DNA of 64,000 nt from an uncultured delta proteobacterium (GTDB lineage: Bacteria; Myxococcota_A; Polyangia; Polyangiales; JAFGIB01), in NCBI GenBank assembly GCA_963778655.1, contig CAVZVA010000008.1:96001-160000 (forward strand). Reading direction: 5' to 3'. Under the pieces are notes generated by a model. The model did not search any database. It worked only from the letters and a program-made list of their open reading frames with translations, and was not told where the DNA came from. Positions 1 through 9,183 of the stretch are shown here, in pieces. Positions within the stretch are counted from its first letter, which is position 1, and every line of letters begins with the position of its first letter. Made by a program: the position numbers and the translations under genes.

Positions 1-200
1 GGCTCGGCTTGCTCGCTGGGCTCGGCTTGCTCGAAGGGCGCCGGGGTTTGGGCCGGGTCCTGCCCCGCGTTCGCGGGCTCGTCCAGGGTGGGCTCCTCGC
101 CATCCACCTGGGGCGTCTCGGCCTGCGGCGCTTCGGGCTGCGCCCAGCCCGGGCCGGGCGCGAAAGGCACGAGCATCGCGGCTAGAATTAGGGTGCGCAT
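1..200 (-). CDS. Secreted protein, N-terminal fragment (runs off the window edge)
   Basis: ATG at 200 reads [28 protein letters not shown]..., a signal-peptide-like start followed by an acidic Pro-rich linker; open to position 1. Confidence 0.6.
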   Translation of the reverse strand, partial: MRTLILAAMLVPFAPGPGWAQPEAPQAETPQVDGEEPTLDEPANAGQDPAQTPAPFEQAEPSEQAE

Positions 201-367
201 GGCACCTACATCAGCCCAGTCCGCGTCGGGGTCAACAATTCGGCGGGCACCCGGGGGAGGGCGGGTAGGCGCACGCTTGCGGCTGCGATGGCGACCCCGT
301 GCCCCGCGTGGTATACCGCCGCCGCCTCTCGGGGCCGGTCAGCTCACGTCGGGCTGCCGAAATCAAG

Positions 368-442
368 TCACACCGCCCGGCTCGGACGGTCCGCTCGGTG
401 CCCCTACCGGGGTGGCGGGCCGCGGGTGGTGGAAGCGCAACC
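368..442 (+). ncRNA. rpsB leader (t44-like) RNA
   Basis: CACACC...GGTGCCCC-TACC-GGGGT...GTGGAAG-CGCAACC directly upstream of rpsB, matching the t44 leader layout. Confidence 0.75.
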
Positions 443-456
443 GGAGAGAACGAGCC

Positions 457-1344
457 ATGAGTGAAGAAGCCCAAACCACCGCTGCCGGCGGTACGCCGGC
501 CGAAGCCGGCGCGTTCGCTGTCGAAGACGCTCCCGCCATGTCGTTGCGTCGCCTGATCGACGCCGGCGTCCATTTCGGCCACCAGACCAACCGCTGGAAC
601 CCCAAGATGGCGCCCTTCATCTACGGCGCGCGCAACGGGATCCACATCATCGACCTCGACCAGACCGTGCGCCTGTTCCGCCGCGCGCTGGAGTTCGTGA
701 GCAGCACCGTCGGTCGCGGCGGCCAGCTGCTGTTCGTGGGCACCAAGCGCCAGGCCCAGGAGGTGATCGCCGAGGAGGCGAACCGCGCCGGGCAGTTCCA
801 CGTGATCGGGCGCTGGCTGGGCGGCACCCTGACCAACTTCCGCACCATGAAGGTCGGCATCGACCGGCTGCGCGCGCTCGAGCAGATGGACGAGGATGGC
901 ACGCTCGACACCCTGGCCAAGAAGGAAGCGCTCGGGCTGCGCCGCGAGCGCGATCGGCTGCGCAAGTTCGTCGGCGGCATCAAGGACATGAACGGGCTGC
1001 CAGCCGCGATGTTCGTGATCGACCCCAACCACGAGCACATCGCGGTCAGCGAGGCCAACAAGCTCGGCATCCCGGTGGTAGCCCTGACCGACACCAACTG
1101 CGACCCGGACAAGATCAACTACCTGATCCCGGGCAACGACGACGCGATCCGCTCGATCAAGCTGGTGGCTACCGCGGTCGCCGACGCTTGCGTGCTGGGG
1201 CAGCAGCGGCGGCGCGACTTCATGCAGGTCGGCCGCAAGGACGAGGGCGGCAGCAGCGGCGTGCAGGTCGAGTTCGCGCGCACGGGCCGCGCAGGCAAGG
1301 CCGAATACTCGGCGATTCCCGAAGAGGAGAAGAGCGAGCCCTGA
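457..1344 (+). CDS. rpsB: 30S ribosomal protein S2
   Basis: [32 protein letters not shown] and PGNDDAIRS motifs. Confidence 0.98.
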   Translation: MSEEAQTTAAGGTPAEAGAFAVEDAPAMSLRRLIDAGVHFGHQTNRWNPKMAPFIYGARNGIHIIDLDQTVRLFRRALEFVSSTVGRGGQLLFVGTKRQAQEVIAEEANRAGQFHVIGRWLGGTLTNFRTMKVGIDRLRALEQMDEDGTLDTLAKKEALGLRRERDRLRKFVGGIKDMNGLPAAMFVIDPNHEHIAVSEANKLGIPVVALTDTNCDPDKINYLIPGNDDAIRSIKLVATAVADACVLGQQRRRDFMQVGRKDEGGSSGVQVEFARTGRAGKAEYSAIPEEEKSEP

Positions 1345-1373
1345 GGGAGCTCGGCTCGGAGCAGGAGTGGACG

Positions 1374-2048
1374 ATGGCTGAGATCAGCACGACGATGGTC
1401 AAGGAGCTGCGCGAGCGCACCGGCGCCGGCATTATGGACTGCAAGGTGGCCTTGCAGGAGTCGAACGGCGACACCGAAAAGGCCATCGAGTACATCAAGA
1501 AGAAGGGCCTGGCCAAGGCGGCCAAGAAGGCCGGCGCGATCGCGGCCGAGGGCATGGTCCACGCCTACATCCACCCGGGCAGCCGCATCGGCGTGCTGGC
1601 CGAGGTCAACTGCCAGACCGACTTCGTGGCCCGCAGCGAGGACTTCAAGAGCTTCGTTGAGCTGGTCGGCCTGCAGGTCGCGGCGATGAACGCGCAGTAC
1701 GTGCGCCGCGACGAGGTGCCGGCCGCCGATCTCGAAAAGCAGCGCGAGCTCTTCCGCGCGCAGACCGAGGAAGAGGGCAAGCAGAGCGCCAAGCCGCGGC
1801 CGGCGGCGGTGGTGGACAAGATCGTGGCGGGCAAGCTCGACAAGTGGCTGGCCGAGACGTGCCTGGAGGAGCAGCTCAGCGTGACCGACGGCGACAAGAC
1901 GTTGGGCGCGCTCGCGGCCGAGCTCAGCGCCAAGATCGGCGAGAAGATCTCGGTGCGCCGCTTCGTGCGCTTCGAGCTCGGCGAGGGCATCGACAAGAAG
2001 CAGGCCGATCTGGCGGCCGACGTGCAAGCCGCGATTTCGGGCTCCTGA
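1374..2048 (+). CDS. tsf: Elongation factor Ts (short form)
   Basis: VKELRERTGAGIMDCK, EVNCQTDFVA, GEKISVRRFVRFELGEG; GGAG RBS; operon position. Confidence 0.97.
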   Translation: MAEISTTMVKELRERTGAGIMDCKVALQESNGDTEKAIEYIKKKGLAKAAKKAGAIAAEGMVHAYIHPGSRIGVLAEVNCQTDFVARSEDFKSFVELVGLQVAAMNAQYVRRDEVPAADLEKQRELFRAQTEEEGKQSAKPRPAAVVDKIVAGKLDKWLAETCLEEQLSVTDGDKTLGALAAELSAKIGEKISVRRFVRFELGEGIDKKQADLAADVQAAISGS

Positions 2049-2102
2049 GCGGCACGCGACCGGCGGCGCCGGACCGCGGCGCACAGGCGGGATGGGCGAA
2101 CG

Positions 2103-2849
2103 ATGGCGATCAAATTCAAGCGCATCCTGTTGAAGCTGTCCGGCGAGGCCCTGTGCGGCGTGGCAGGTGGCTTCGGTCTCGACCCCAAGACGGTGGAAGC
2201 GATCAGCGAGGAGCTGGCCGAGGTGAGCGCGCTGGGCGTGGAGATGGGCGTCGTCATCGGCGGTGGCAACATCTTCCGCGGGCTCAAGGGCAGCGCCCAG
2301 GGCATGGACCGCGGCAGCGCGGATTACATGGGCATGCTGGCCACGATCATCAACGGCGTGGCGCTGCAGGACGCGCTCGAGAAGCACGGCGCGCAGACGC
2401 GGCTGATGACCGCGCTCGAAGTGCGCGCGGTGGCCGAGCCCTACATCCGCAGGCGGGCGATGCGCCACCTGGAGAAGGGGCGGGTCGTGATCTTCGTGGC
2501 CGGCACCGGCAACCCCTATTTCTCCACCGACACCGCAGCTTCGCTGCGGGCGATGGAGATCCAGGCGGCCATGCTGTGCAAGGCCACCAAGGTCGCGGGC
2601 ATCTACGATCGGGATCCGGTCAAGTTCGCCGATGCGAGCATGTTCCGGCAGGTCAGCTACGAGCGCTTCATCCGCGAGCGCATCGGCGTGATGGATGCGA
2701 CCGCTGTCACGCTCTGCCGCGACAACAAGCTGCCGATTCGTGTGTTTGGGCTCGCCACCCGCGGTAACATCCGGCGGGTGGTCGAGGGCGAGCCGATCGG
2801 CACGCTGGTGAGCGAGGTCGAGGACATCCGCAGTGAGCAGATGAGCTGA
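2103..2849 (+). CDS. pyrH: UMP kinase
   Basis: [37 protein letters not shown]. Confidence 0.98.
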   Translation: MAIKFKRILLKLSGEALCGVAGGFGLDPKTVEAISEELAEVSALGVEMGVVIGGGNIFRGLKGSAQGMDRGSADYMGMLATIINGVALQDALEKHGAQTRLMTALEVRAVAEPYIRRRAMRHLEKGRVVIFVAGTGNPYFSTDTAASLRAMEIQAAMLCKATKVAGIYDRDPVKFADASMFRQVSYERFIRERIGVMDATAVTLCRDNKLPIRVFGLATRGNIRRVVEGEPIGTLVSEVEDIRSEQMS

Positions 2850-2899
2850 GAAGGTGACGTCAACGGTTGCGCGAGGCGTCGCGCCCAGGGGAGCAAGCC

Positions 2900-3457
2900 A
2901 TGATCCAGGAAACCCTCGAGGATCTGAAGGCATCGATCGGCAAGGCCCACGAGGGGCTCAAGCGCGAGCTGGCCAAGCTGCGCACCGGCCGCGCGCACCC
3001 CTCGCTGCTCGACTCGATCCGCGTGGATGCCTACGGATCGCCCACTCCGATCTCGCAGCTCGCCACCGTCAGCGTGCCCGAGGCGCGCATGCTGACCATC
3101 AAGCCGTGGGACAAGTCGCAGATCAAGGCGATCGAAAAGGCCCTGGTGCAGTCCCCGCTCGGGCTCACGCCGCAGAACGACGGCGAGATCATCCGCGTCC
3201 CGTTGCAGCCCCTGAGCGAGGAGCGGCGCAAGGAGCTGGTCAAGCTCGCCAAGCGTGCCGGCGAGGACACCAAGGTGATCGTGCGCAAGGCCCGCCACGA
3301 AGCCAAGGAGATGATCGAGAGCCTGGTCGACGACAAGGAAATCGGCGAGGACGACGGGGCACGCGCGCAGAAGGACGTCGAGGACCTGATCCAGCGCGCC
3401 AGCGCCGAGGTCGACCAGATCGTGGCGCGCAAGGAAAAGGACATCCTCGAGGTCTGA
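2900..3457 (+). CDS. frr: Ribosome recycling factor
   Basis: LRTGRAHPSLLD, IKAIEKA, PLSEERRKELVK, KEKDILEV. Confidence 0.98.
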   Translation: MIQETLEDLKASIGKAHEGLKRELAKLRTGRAHPSLLDSIRVDAYGSPTPISQLATVSVPEARMLTIKPWDKSQIKAIEKALVQSPLGLTPQNDGEIIRVPLQPLSEERRKELVKLAKRAGEDTKVIVRKARHEAKEMIESLVDDKEIGEDDGARAQKDVEDLIQRASAEVDQIVARKEKDILEV

Positions 3458-3857
3458 GCCCGCCGCCCGCGGCCGCGCTCTGCGCACGCCCAGCCGGGCG
3501 CCCAGCCGCCTCCGGCCGGCCCGTGGGCTAGGCTCGGCCCCGAATCGCCACGCCATGTGCAAGAGCTCAGCGTCAGCCGCGTCCGCCCGAGGAATTTCGG
3601 CGCGTAGCTGCGCGCGGCGTAAACGCGGCGGGGCTGCCCGCGGCAAGCCTCGGGGACGATTCGATGTGTGCAGCTGTGTGTCGGCGGAGTAGGCTCGCGC
3701 TCCGGCCATGCGCGCAGATGCGCGCTTCGTGGGTCCCGGCCTTGACCCCAACCCCACCCCAACCTTACCTTATTTATCCGTCGGAAGTTCCGGCAATGAC
3801 GCGCTTTTTTCGGATGGCGCGAAGCGCCTCGGGCAAGGACATCGTTTCCAGCACCCC

Positions 3858-4781
3858 ATGAAGAACTACGCGATGCGCTTCATTTCGGGGAAGTACCAGG
3901 GGGGCGAGTTTCCTCTGCCGCCCAACTCCGAAATCGTCGTCGGCCGATCGAGCGACCTCGACATGGTGCTCGTCGAGGATATGGTCTCGCGCCGCCACGC
4001 CAAGATCAGCGTCAACGGCGACACCGTCACGATCCAGGATCTGGGATCGACCAACGGCACGTTCGTCAACGGCGAGCGCGTCGAGCGCATGGCGTTGACC
4101 GACGGCGATCGCGTCTTGATCGGCACCAGCATCATCAAGCTGGTCACCAGCGACGGGCCGCCGCCCGCACAGGCGCAGCCCAAGCCCCGCCTGGAGGAGG
4201 TCGCCGCTGGACGACGCACCAACAACGTGCGCAGCATGTCCGGTGCCATCGACGAGGTCCCGCTGCCGGACCTACTCCAGCTGTTCGGCTCCTCGCGCAA
4301 GACCGGCATGCTGGTGATCAAGACCGAGACCGACACCGGCAAGGTGTATCTGGAGCGCGGCAGCATCGTGTTCGCCGCGATCAACGACTCCGATCTGCTC
4401 ACCGCCGAGAAGGCCGTCCACCGCATTCTTGCGTGGCGCCACGGCACATTCTACATGGAGCCGCTCGACCGGATCGATCTGCCCGTGCGCATCGATCTCT
4501 CGACCGAGGCGGCGCTGATGGAGGGCATGCGCATCTTCGACGAGGTGGCCCGGCTCGACCTGCCCCCGATGCGGTCCGGCATCCGGCTGGCCTCGCCGCT
4601 GCGAGCGAAGCTGCGCGAGCTCAGCGGCGAGCAGCTCGACGTGCTGCAGGTAGCGATGGGCGTCTCACAGCTCGAGGCGGTGTTCAACAACTGTCCGCTG
4701 GACGACGTTGAAATCGCCCGCGCGTTGAGCACGCTGCTGCAGCGCGGCTACCTGGAAGCCTCACCGCCCGCCGAGGAGTGA
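3858..4781 (+). CDS. FHA + DUF4388 domain protein
   Basis: FHA motifs VGR..D / VSRRHA / DLGSTNGTFVNG; C-terminal MSGAIDEVPLPDLLQL..SRKTG (DUF4388-like). Confidence 0.85.
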   Translation: MKNYAMRFISGKYQGGEFPLPPNSEIVVGRSSDLDMVLVEDMVSRRHAKISVNGDTVTIQDLGSTNGTFVNGERVERMALTDGDRVLIGTSIIKLVTSDGPPPAQAQPKPRLEEVAAGRRTNNVRSMSGAIDEVPLPDLLQLFGSSRKTGMLVIKTETDTGKVYLERGSIVFAAINDSDLLTAEKAVHRILAWRHGTFYMEPLDRIDLPVRIDLSTEAALMEGMRIFDEVARLDLPPMRSGIRLASPLRAKLRELSGEQLDVLQVAMGVSQLEAVFNNCPLDDVEIARALSTLLQRGYLEASPPAEE

Positions 4782-4807
4782 GCGTCCGGGCGGGCCCGGT
4801 TCGGGGG

Positions 4808-5167
4808 CTATCGCTCCGGCTCGTGCTGCGCGCGCCGCGTCAGCAGGCGCTCGAGCAGGTGCTGGGAGTGATGGCTGATGCGGGTGAAGACCACGCCCAT
4901 GCCGGACGGGTCCTGCTGAACCCGCACCACCTTGCCCACGCCCTCGATGGTCTCGATGTCGTCCATGATCACGGTGAACTTGAGGTCGATCTCCGTGCCC
5001 ACCGGCGGCGGGTCCGCTGTCTTCACGAACGCGCCGCTGCGCGAGATGTTACTGACATACTCCTCGATGAACGACTCGAACGAGCCGAACTCCTTGTTGA
5101 TCGTCAGTCGGCTCTCGCGCGGCTTGCGGGGTTGTGGGGCGGGCTTGTCGGCGTCTCCGGCTGACAT
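4808..5167 (-). CDS. PilZ-like protein (TIGR02266 family)
   Basis: RxxxR (RKPRESR), NISRSGAFV, GMGVVF. Confidence 0.85.
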   Translation of the reverse strand: MSAGDADKPAPQPRKPRESRLTINKEFGSFESFIEEYVSNISRSGAFVKTADPPPVGTEIDLKFTVIMDDIETIEGVGKVVRVQQDPSGMGVVFTRISHHSQHLLERLLTRRAQHEPER

Positions 5168-5176
5168 GGCAAGCTC

Positions 5177-6754
5177 TCATGCTCCCTTCAAATCGAACTG
5201 CTCCAGATGGTACTCCCGGTGGGGCTTTACGAGAATCTGCCGCGTGAAGCGCACCGAAGCCTCGTCGAGCGCTTTCTTGTGCTCGCGTTTGAGCATGTCG
5301 CAGATCGCCGGGTGCGCGTTGATCACGATCTTGTAGCCCGCCAGCGTGTCGCGCTCGCGCCGGATCTGGCGCAGGATCTCGTGGCAGATGGTGGACTTGC
5401 TCTGCACCTGGCCGGTTCCGTCGCAGTAGAAGCAGGGCTCGAACAGCGTCCGCGGGAGCGATTCGCGCGTGCGCTTGCGGGTCATCTCGATCAGCCCGAG
5501 CTCGCTGACCTTGGTGATGGTGGTCGTGGCACGGTCGTTCTTGAGAGCCTGCACCAGCGCCTTGTACACGCGTTCGCGATTGCCCTGACGCTCCATGTCG
5601 ATGAAGTCCAGCACGATCAAGCCGCCGATGTTGCGGAAGCGAAGCTGGTAGGCGATCTCCTCCACGGCCTCGAGATTGGTCTGGTAGATGGTTTCCTCGA
5701 CGTCTCGCCCCTTGCCGGTGAAGCGCCCGGTGTTGACGTCGATCGCGGTCAACGCCTCGGCCTGATCGATGATCAGGTAGCCGCCCGAGAGCAGCGGCAC
5801 CTTGCGCGAAAGCGCGCGCGCGATCTCGTCCTCTATGCCGTACTCGTCGAAGATCGGGTCGCGTCCGCTGTAGAGCTCCACGTGATCGATGCGCTCCGGC
5901 AGGAAGACCGCTAGGAACCTGCGCAGTCGTTCGTATTCCTTGGGCGAGTCGATCACGATCCGCTCGACGTCCTCGGTGAAGGAGTCGCGCGCCACGCGCA
6001 GGATGATGTCCAGGTCCTCGTAGAGCAGGGCCGGTGCGGATTTGACCCCCGCGCGCTTGCGCACCACGTCTTCCCACTGCGTGACCAGGTAGCCGACGTC
6101 GGCCTTGAGCTGCTTCTTGGTCAGGCCGCTGGCCACCGTGCGTACGATGAAGCCGCCCTGCGGCGGCTTGAAGGCTTCGATCGATTCGCGCAGCCGCTGG
6201 CGCTCGAGTTTGTTGCCGATGCGCTTGGAGATGCCGATCTGGTCCACGGTCGGCAGGTACAGCACGTATCGGCCCGGCAACGCGACATGACTGGTGACGC
6301 GCGCGCCCTTGGTGCCGATCGGGCCCTTGCTGACCTGGACCATCAACGTCTGGCCCTCCTTGAGCACGTCGCGGATCGGTGTCGATCGGCTCACTTTGCG
6401 GGTCTGCTTGCGCTTGGGGCGTTCCGCGGTCTCGGCCTCGAGCGCGGCGCCTTCGACCTCGTCGTCGCCCGCGTCCTCTTCGCCGCCTTCTTCGTCCCGA
6501 TCGAGCAGCTCGTCCATGTCGTCCTGGACGACCACGTCTTCGACGTGGAGGAAGGCGGCGCGATCGAGCCCGATGTCGACGAACGCCGCCTGCATCCCGG
6601 GCAGGACGCGGGTCACCTTGCCGAGAAAGACGTTACCGACCGGGCTGCGCTCCTGCTCGCGTTCGACGAAGAGCTCGGCGATTTTGCCGCGTTCGATCAG
6701 CGCGACGCGGCTCTCCGCTATATCGACGTTGATGACCAGTGTATTGGTTGCCAT
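5177..6754 (-). CDS. rng: Ribonuclease E/G family (RNase G-like)
   Basis: VLPGMQAAFVDIG, AIDVNTG, LRFRNIGGLIVLDFIDM, CFYCDGTG. Confidence 0.95.
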   Translation of the reverse strand: MATNTLVINVDIAESRVALIERGKIAELFVEREQERSPVGNVFLGKVTRVLPGMQAAFVDIGLDRAAFLHVEDVVVQDDMDELLDRDEEGGEEDAGDDEVEGAALEAETAERPKRKQTRKVSRSTPIRDVLKEGQTLMVQVSKGPIGTKGARVTSHVALPGRYVLYLPTVDQIGISKRIGNKLERQRLRESIEAFKPPQGGFIVRTVASGLTKKQLKADVGYLVTQWEDVVRKRAGVKSAPALLYEDLDIILRVARDSFTEDVERIVIDSPKEYERLRRFLAVFLPERIDHVELYSGRDPIFDEYGIEDEIARALSRKVPLLSGGYLIIDQAEALTAIDVNTGRFTGKGRDVEETIYQTNLEAVEEIAYQLRFRNIGGLIVLDFIDMERQGNRERVYKALVQALKNDRATTTITKVSELGLIEMTRKRTRESLPRTLFEPCFYCDGTGQVQSKSTICHEILRQIRRERDTLAGYKIVINAHPAICDMLKREHKKALDEASVRFTRQILVKPHREYHLEQFDLKGA

Positions 6755-6899
6755 ACCCGTGGCGTGAGGTTGGAATAGTCTTGGGCGTTTTCGATCGCGC
6801 GTCGCGCAGGACGTCGTGAAGACGCGCGCGATCGACGCGGGTCCGGGCCGGCTTGGCGGCTGGCCGCGCGCGGCTGGCGCTCGAGGCCAGCGAACCGGC

Positions 6900-7409
6900 T
6901 CAGTTGGGCGCGAAGATCTGCTCGATCTCCGCTTGAACCTTGTCTTCGCTCTTTGAGCGCGTGACGGCGATCTCTTTGACGATCAGCGCGCGCGCGGTTT
7001 CGAGCATGCGGCGCTCGCCGAACGAGAGCGACTTCTCCGCCTTCAAGCGGTACAGGTCGCGCATCACCTCGGCGACGTCGTAGACCGAGCCCGTCTTGAT
7101 CTTGTCCATGAAGCCGCGGTAGCGGCGGTTCCAGGTTTGGTTGTCGAAGGCGATCGTGCGCTCGCGCAGGATCGCGAAAATCTCCTGGATCTCTTTCTCG
7201 TTGATCGGAGGCCTGAGGCCGACGCTGCGCGCGTTGTCGACCGGCACCATGATCTTGCGGTTGGTGTCGAGGATGCGCAGCACGTAGAACTGCTGGCGTT
7301 GCCCTGCGATGTCCTTCTCTTCGATGGAGACGACCTCGGCAACGCCCTGGGCTGGATAGACGGCTTTGTCGCCCACCTTGAACAACGGCTTGTGTGCACG
7401 GGCCTGCAT
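6900..7409 (-). CDS. cdnL: CarD family RNAP-binding regulator (CdnL-like)
   Basis: FKVGDKAVYPAQGV, TWNRRYR, LSFGERRML; no HMGA-like tail. Confidence 0.9.
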   Translation of the reverse strand: MQARAHKPLFKVGDKAVYPAQGVAEVVSIEEKDIAGQRQQFYVLRILDTNRKIMVPVDNARSVGLRPPINEKEIQEIFAILRERTIAFDNQTWNRRYRGFMDKIKTGSVYDVAEVMRDLYRLKAEKSLSFGERRMLETARALIVKEIAVTRSKSEDKVQAEIEQIFAPN

Positions 7410-7555
7410 GAAAAGCTCCGTTCTCGAGGGTGAATCGATCCGCCCGCCCTGCGAAGCACTCTTGGCTTCCGGGACCGAAAGCGCCTACCTGGGAGGGGCC
7501 GGCACTCCCGGCCGCTGACTGATCCAGGCAGCGGACAGATGTCGGGTGACTCCGC

Positions 7556-7584
7556 ATATTAGTCGGAAGTGTAGGTGGGGTCAA
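7556..7584 (-). promoter_or_regulatory. sigma-70-type promoter of cdnL
   Basis: Minus strand TTGACC-N17-TAATAT. Confidence 0.7.
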
Positions 7585-7704
7585 TCCTACCCCCACCGGG
7601 ATTGCGGGACGCCCCGCTCGGCCCGGGCGATCGGCGGGCAGACCGCTCCCGGCCCGCATGGCGCGGGCGCGGGCCGGCCGGCCCGCGGGCCGGTGCTGCG
7701 AGCG

Positions 7705-8508
7705 TTACTTGCTGGTCTCGCTTTCGAGCGCGGACAGGTCCGGCAACTCGTCGAGGTTCGGCATCAGCACGATCTCGATGCGCCGATTCTGAGCGCGTCC
7801 CTCGGGCGTGTCGTTGGAGGCCACCGGCTGCGTATCGGCGTAGCCCGCCGCAGACAGGCGGTTTTCAGGCACGCCTTGCGACGCGAGGAAACGCGCCACG
7901 GTGACGGCGCGCGCCGTGGAGAGCTCCCAGTTGGAGGGGAAGCGAGAGCTCTTGATCGGCTTGTTGTCCGTATGCCCCGCGATCTGGAATTCGCGGTCGG
8001 GGATGGACGCGAGCACGCCGGCCACCTCTTGCAGCGCCGCCTTGCCTTCCTTCTTCAGGTCGGCCTTGCCCGAGTCAAACAGAATGTTCTCGGACAGCTC
8101 CACCACCATGCGCCCGCGCTCAATGCGGACGCGCAGCTGGCCGGACGCGATCATCTTCTTGAACTTGTCGAGCATGTCGCGGAACGTCTGCAGGCGCGCC
8201 TGCGCCTGGCGCTCCTTGGCGCGCAGATCCTCCACCAGCTTGTTGAGGTCCTGCATGCTCTTCTTTGAGTCCTCGACGTTCATGCCCATCTGGCGCAGCC
8301 GTTCGTTCAGATCGGCGTTCTCTGTCGACGCGGCCTTGAATCGCGCCTGCAGATCGCGCTGATCTTGCTCCAGCTTGTCGAGCGCACGCGTGAGCTGATC
8401 GATGCGGTCGCGCTTGACCTGCATCTCCTCTTCCGAGTAGCCGCAACCGAACGACGTTGCGACCAGCGCCGAGCACACTGCGAAGAGCACTACCTTGGTT
8501 TGGTTCAT
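7705..8508 (-). CDS. OmpA/MotB-family lipoprotein with coiled coil
   Basis: Lipobox-like SFGC, heptad region, ILFDSGKA, GHTDNKP, NWELSTARA, NRRIEI. Confidence 0.9.
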   Translation of the reverse strand: MNQTKVVLFAVCSALVATSFGCGYSEEEMQVKRDRIDQLTRALDKLEQDQRDLQARFKAASTENADLNERLRQMGMNVEDSKKSMQDLNKLVEDLRAKERQAQARLQTFRDMLDKFKKMIASGQLRVRIERGRMVVELSENILFDSGKADLKKEGKAALQEVAGVLASIPDREFQIAGHTDNKPIKSSRFPSNWELSTARAVTVARFLASQGVPENRLSAAGYADTQPVASNDTPEGRAQNRRIEIVLMPNLDELPDLSALESETSK

Positions 8509-8867
8509 CGCTCCCTCGTAGCCGTCGATGACGGTGAAGATCGGCCTGCCGCGCAGCGCTGGGTCGGCCGCGCGGCGGCTGAGAGGCCGAGACGGTAGGC
8601 CCGCCGCGCGGCGGCTGTCAAACCTGCGCCGATTCGGCGGTGGCAGTCCCGTGGAGGCGCGATCCTGGCTGGGGATCGCTGGTTTCAGGCGTTTCCGGGG
8701 GCGCGGGGTCGACAAAATTTATAAATAATTACAATGTGTTATAGATTCTTGCTGTCAGTGATCACTCAAATAGCGATAACTTATGTATAATTTATGTGTT
8801 TGAAGCTTGACACGTGCCATCACACTACAATAGGTTACTTCCATCCTACGACCATAGGAGGGTCCGC

Positions 8868-8966
8868 ATGGCAGCGAAGAAGAAGGGCAGCAAGAAGAAG
8901 GCAGGCAAGAAAAAGGGCGGCAAGAAAAAGGGCGGGAAGCGCCGCGGGGCCAAGAAGAAGGCCTGA
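8868..8966 (+). CDS. 32-aa Lys-rich basic (histone-H1-like) small protein
   Basis: MAAKKKGSKKKAGKKKGGKKKGGKRRGAKKKA*, strong AGGAGG RBS upstream; below the ORF-track cutoff. Confidence 0.8.
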   Translation: MAAKKKGSKKKAGKKKGGKKKGGKRRGAKKKA

Positions 8967-8979
8967 GAAGGCCGACCGG

Positions 8980-9183
8980 GCCCTGGCTCGCTCCGCAAGG
9001 GGGCGATGCGCCAGCGCATCGAGCTCGCATCGAAAGCCGCCGCGAGCTCGAGAGTGGAAAGTCCGGAAGGTTCCGCCGGTAGCCTGCTGCCGGTCGAGGA
9101 CACGCTAGGTCCTCGCTTCCAGGCTTGATGCTGCGGCTATGGACTCGCCGTCGACACCTCCGTGTCGGCGGCGGTCTTCTTTA
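8980..9183. ncRNA. Candidate structured RNA / structured 3' trailer
   Basis: Multiple nested stems (see findings); family not recognised. Confidence 0.45.

Noticed and set aside
1374..2048. EF-Ts looks truncated (224 aa)
   Set aside because: Short EF-Ts is an established natural form and both terminal motifs are present
1119..2933. Long antisense and alternative-frame ORFs (here and throughout, e.g. 13776-15875, 37847-39865, 54078-56201)
   Set aside because: Shadow ORFs expected at high GC; Arg/Ala/Gly-rich with no motifs, and they overlap well-supported genes
3458..3857. 400-bp gap after frr as a possible RNA gene or small ORF
   Set aside because: No recognisable RNA motif, convincing stem set or RBS-led ORF
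7705..8508. Flagellar stator motB
   Set aside because: No motA or other flagellar genes and no TM Asp motif; better described as an OmpA-like peptidoglycan-binding lipoprotein
9052..9068. RNase P RNA (GGAAAGTCCGG resembles the P4 5' motif)
   Set aside because: No matching 3' ACAGAA..CGGCTTA motif, and the available space is too short
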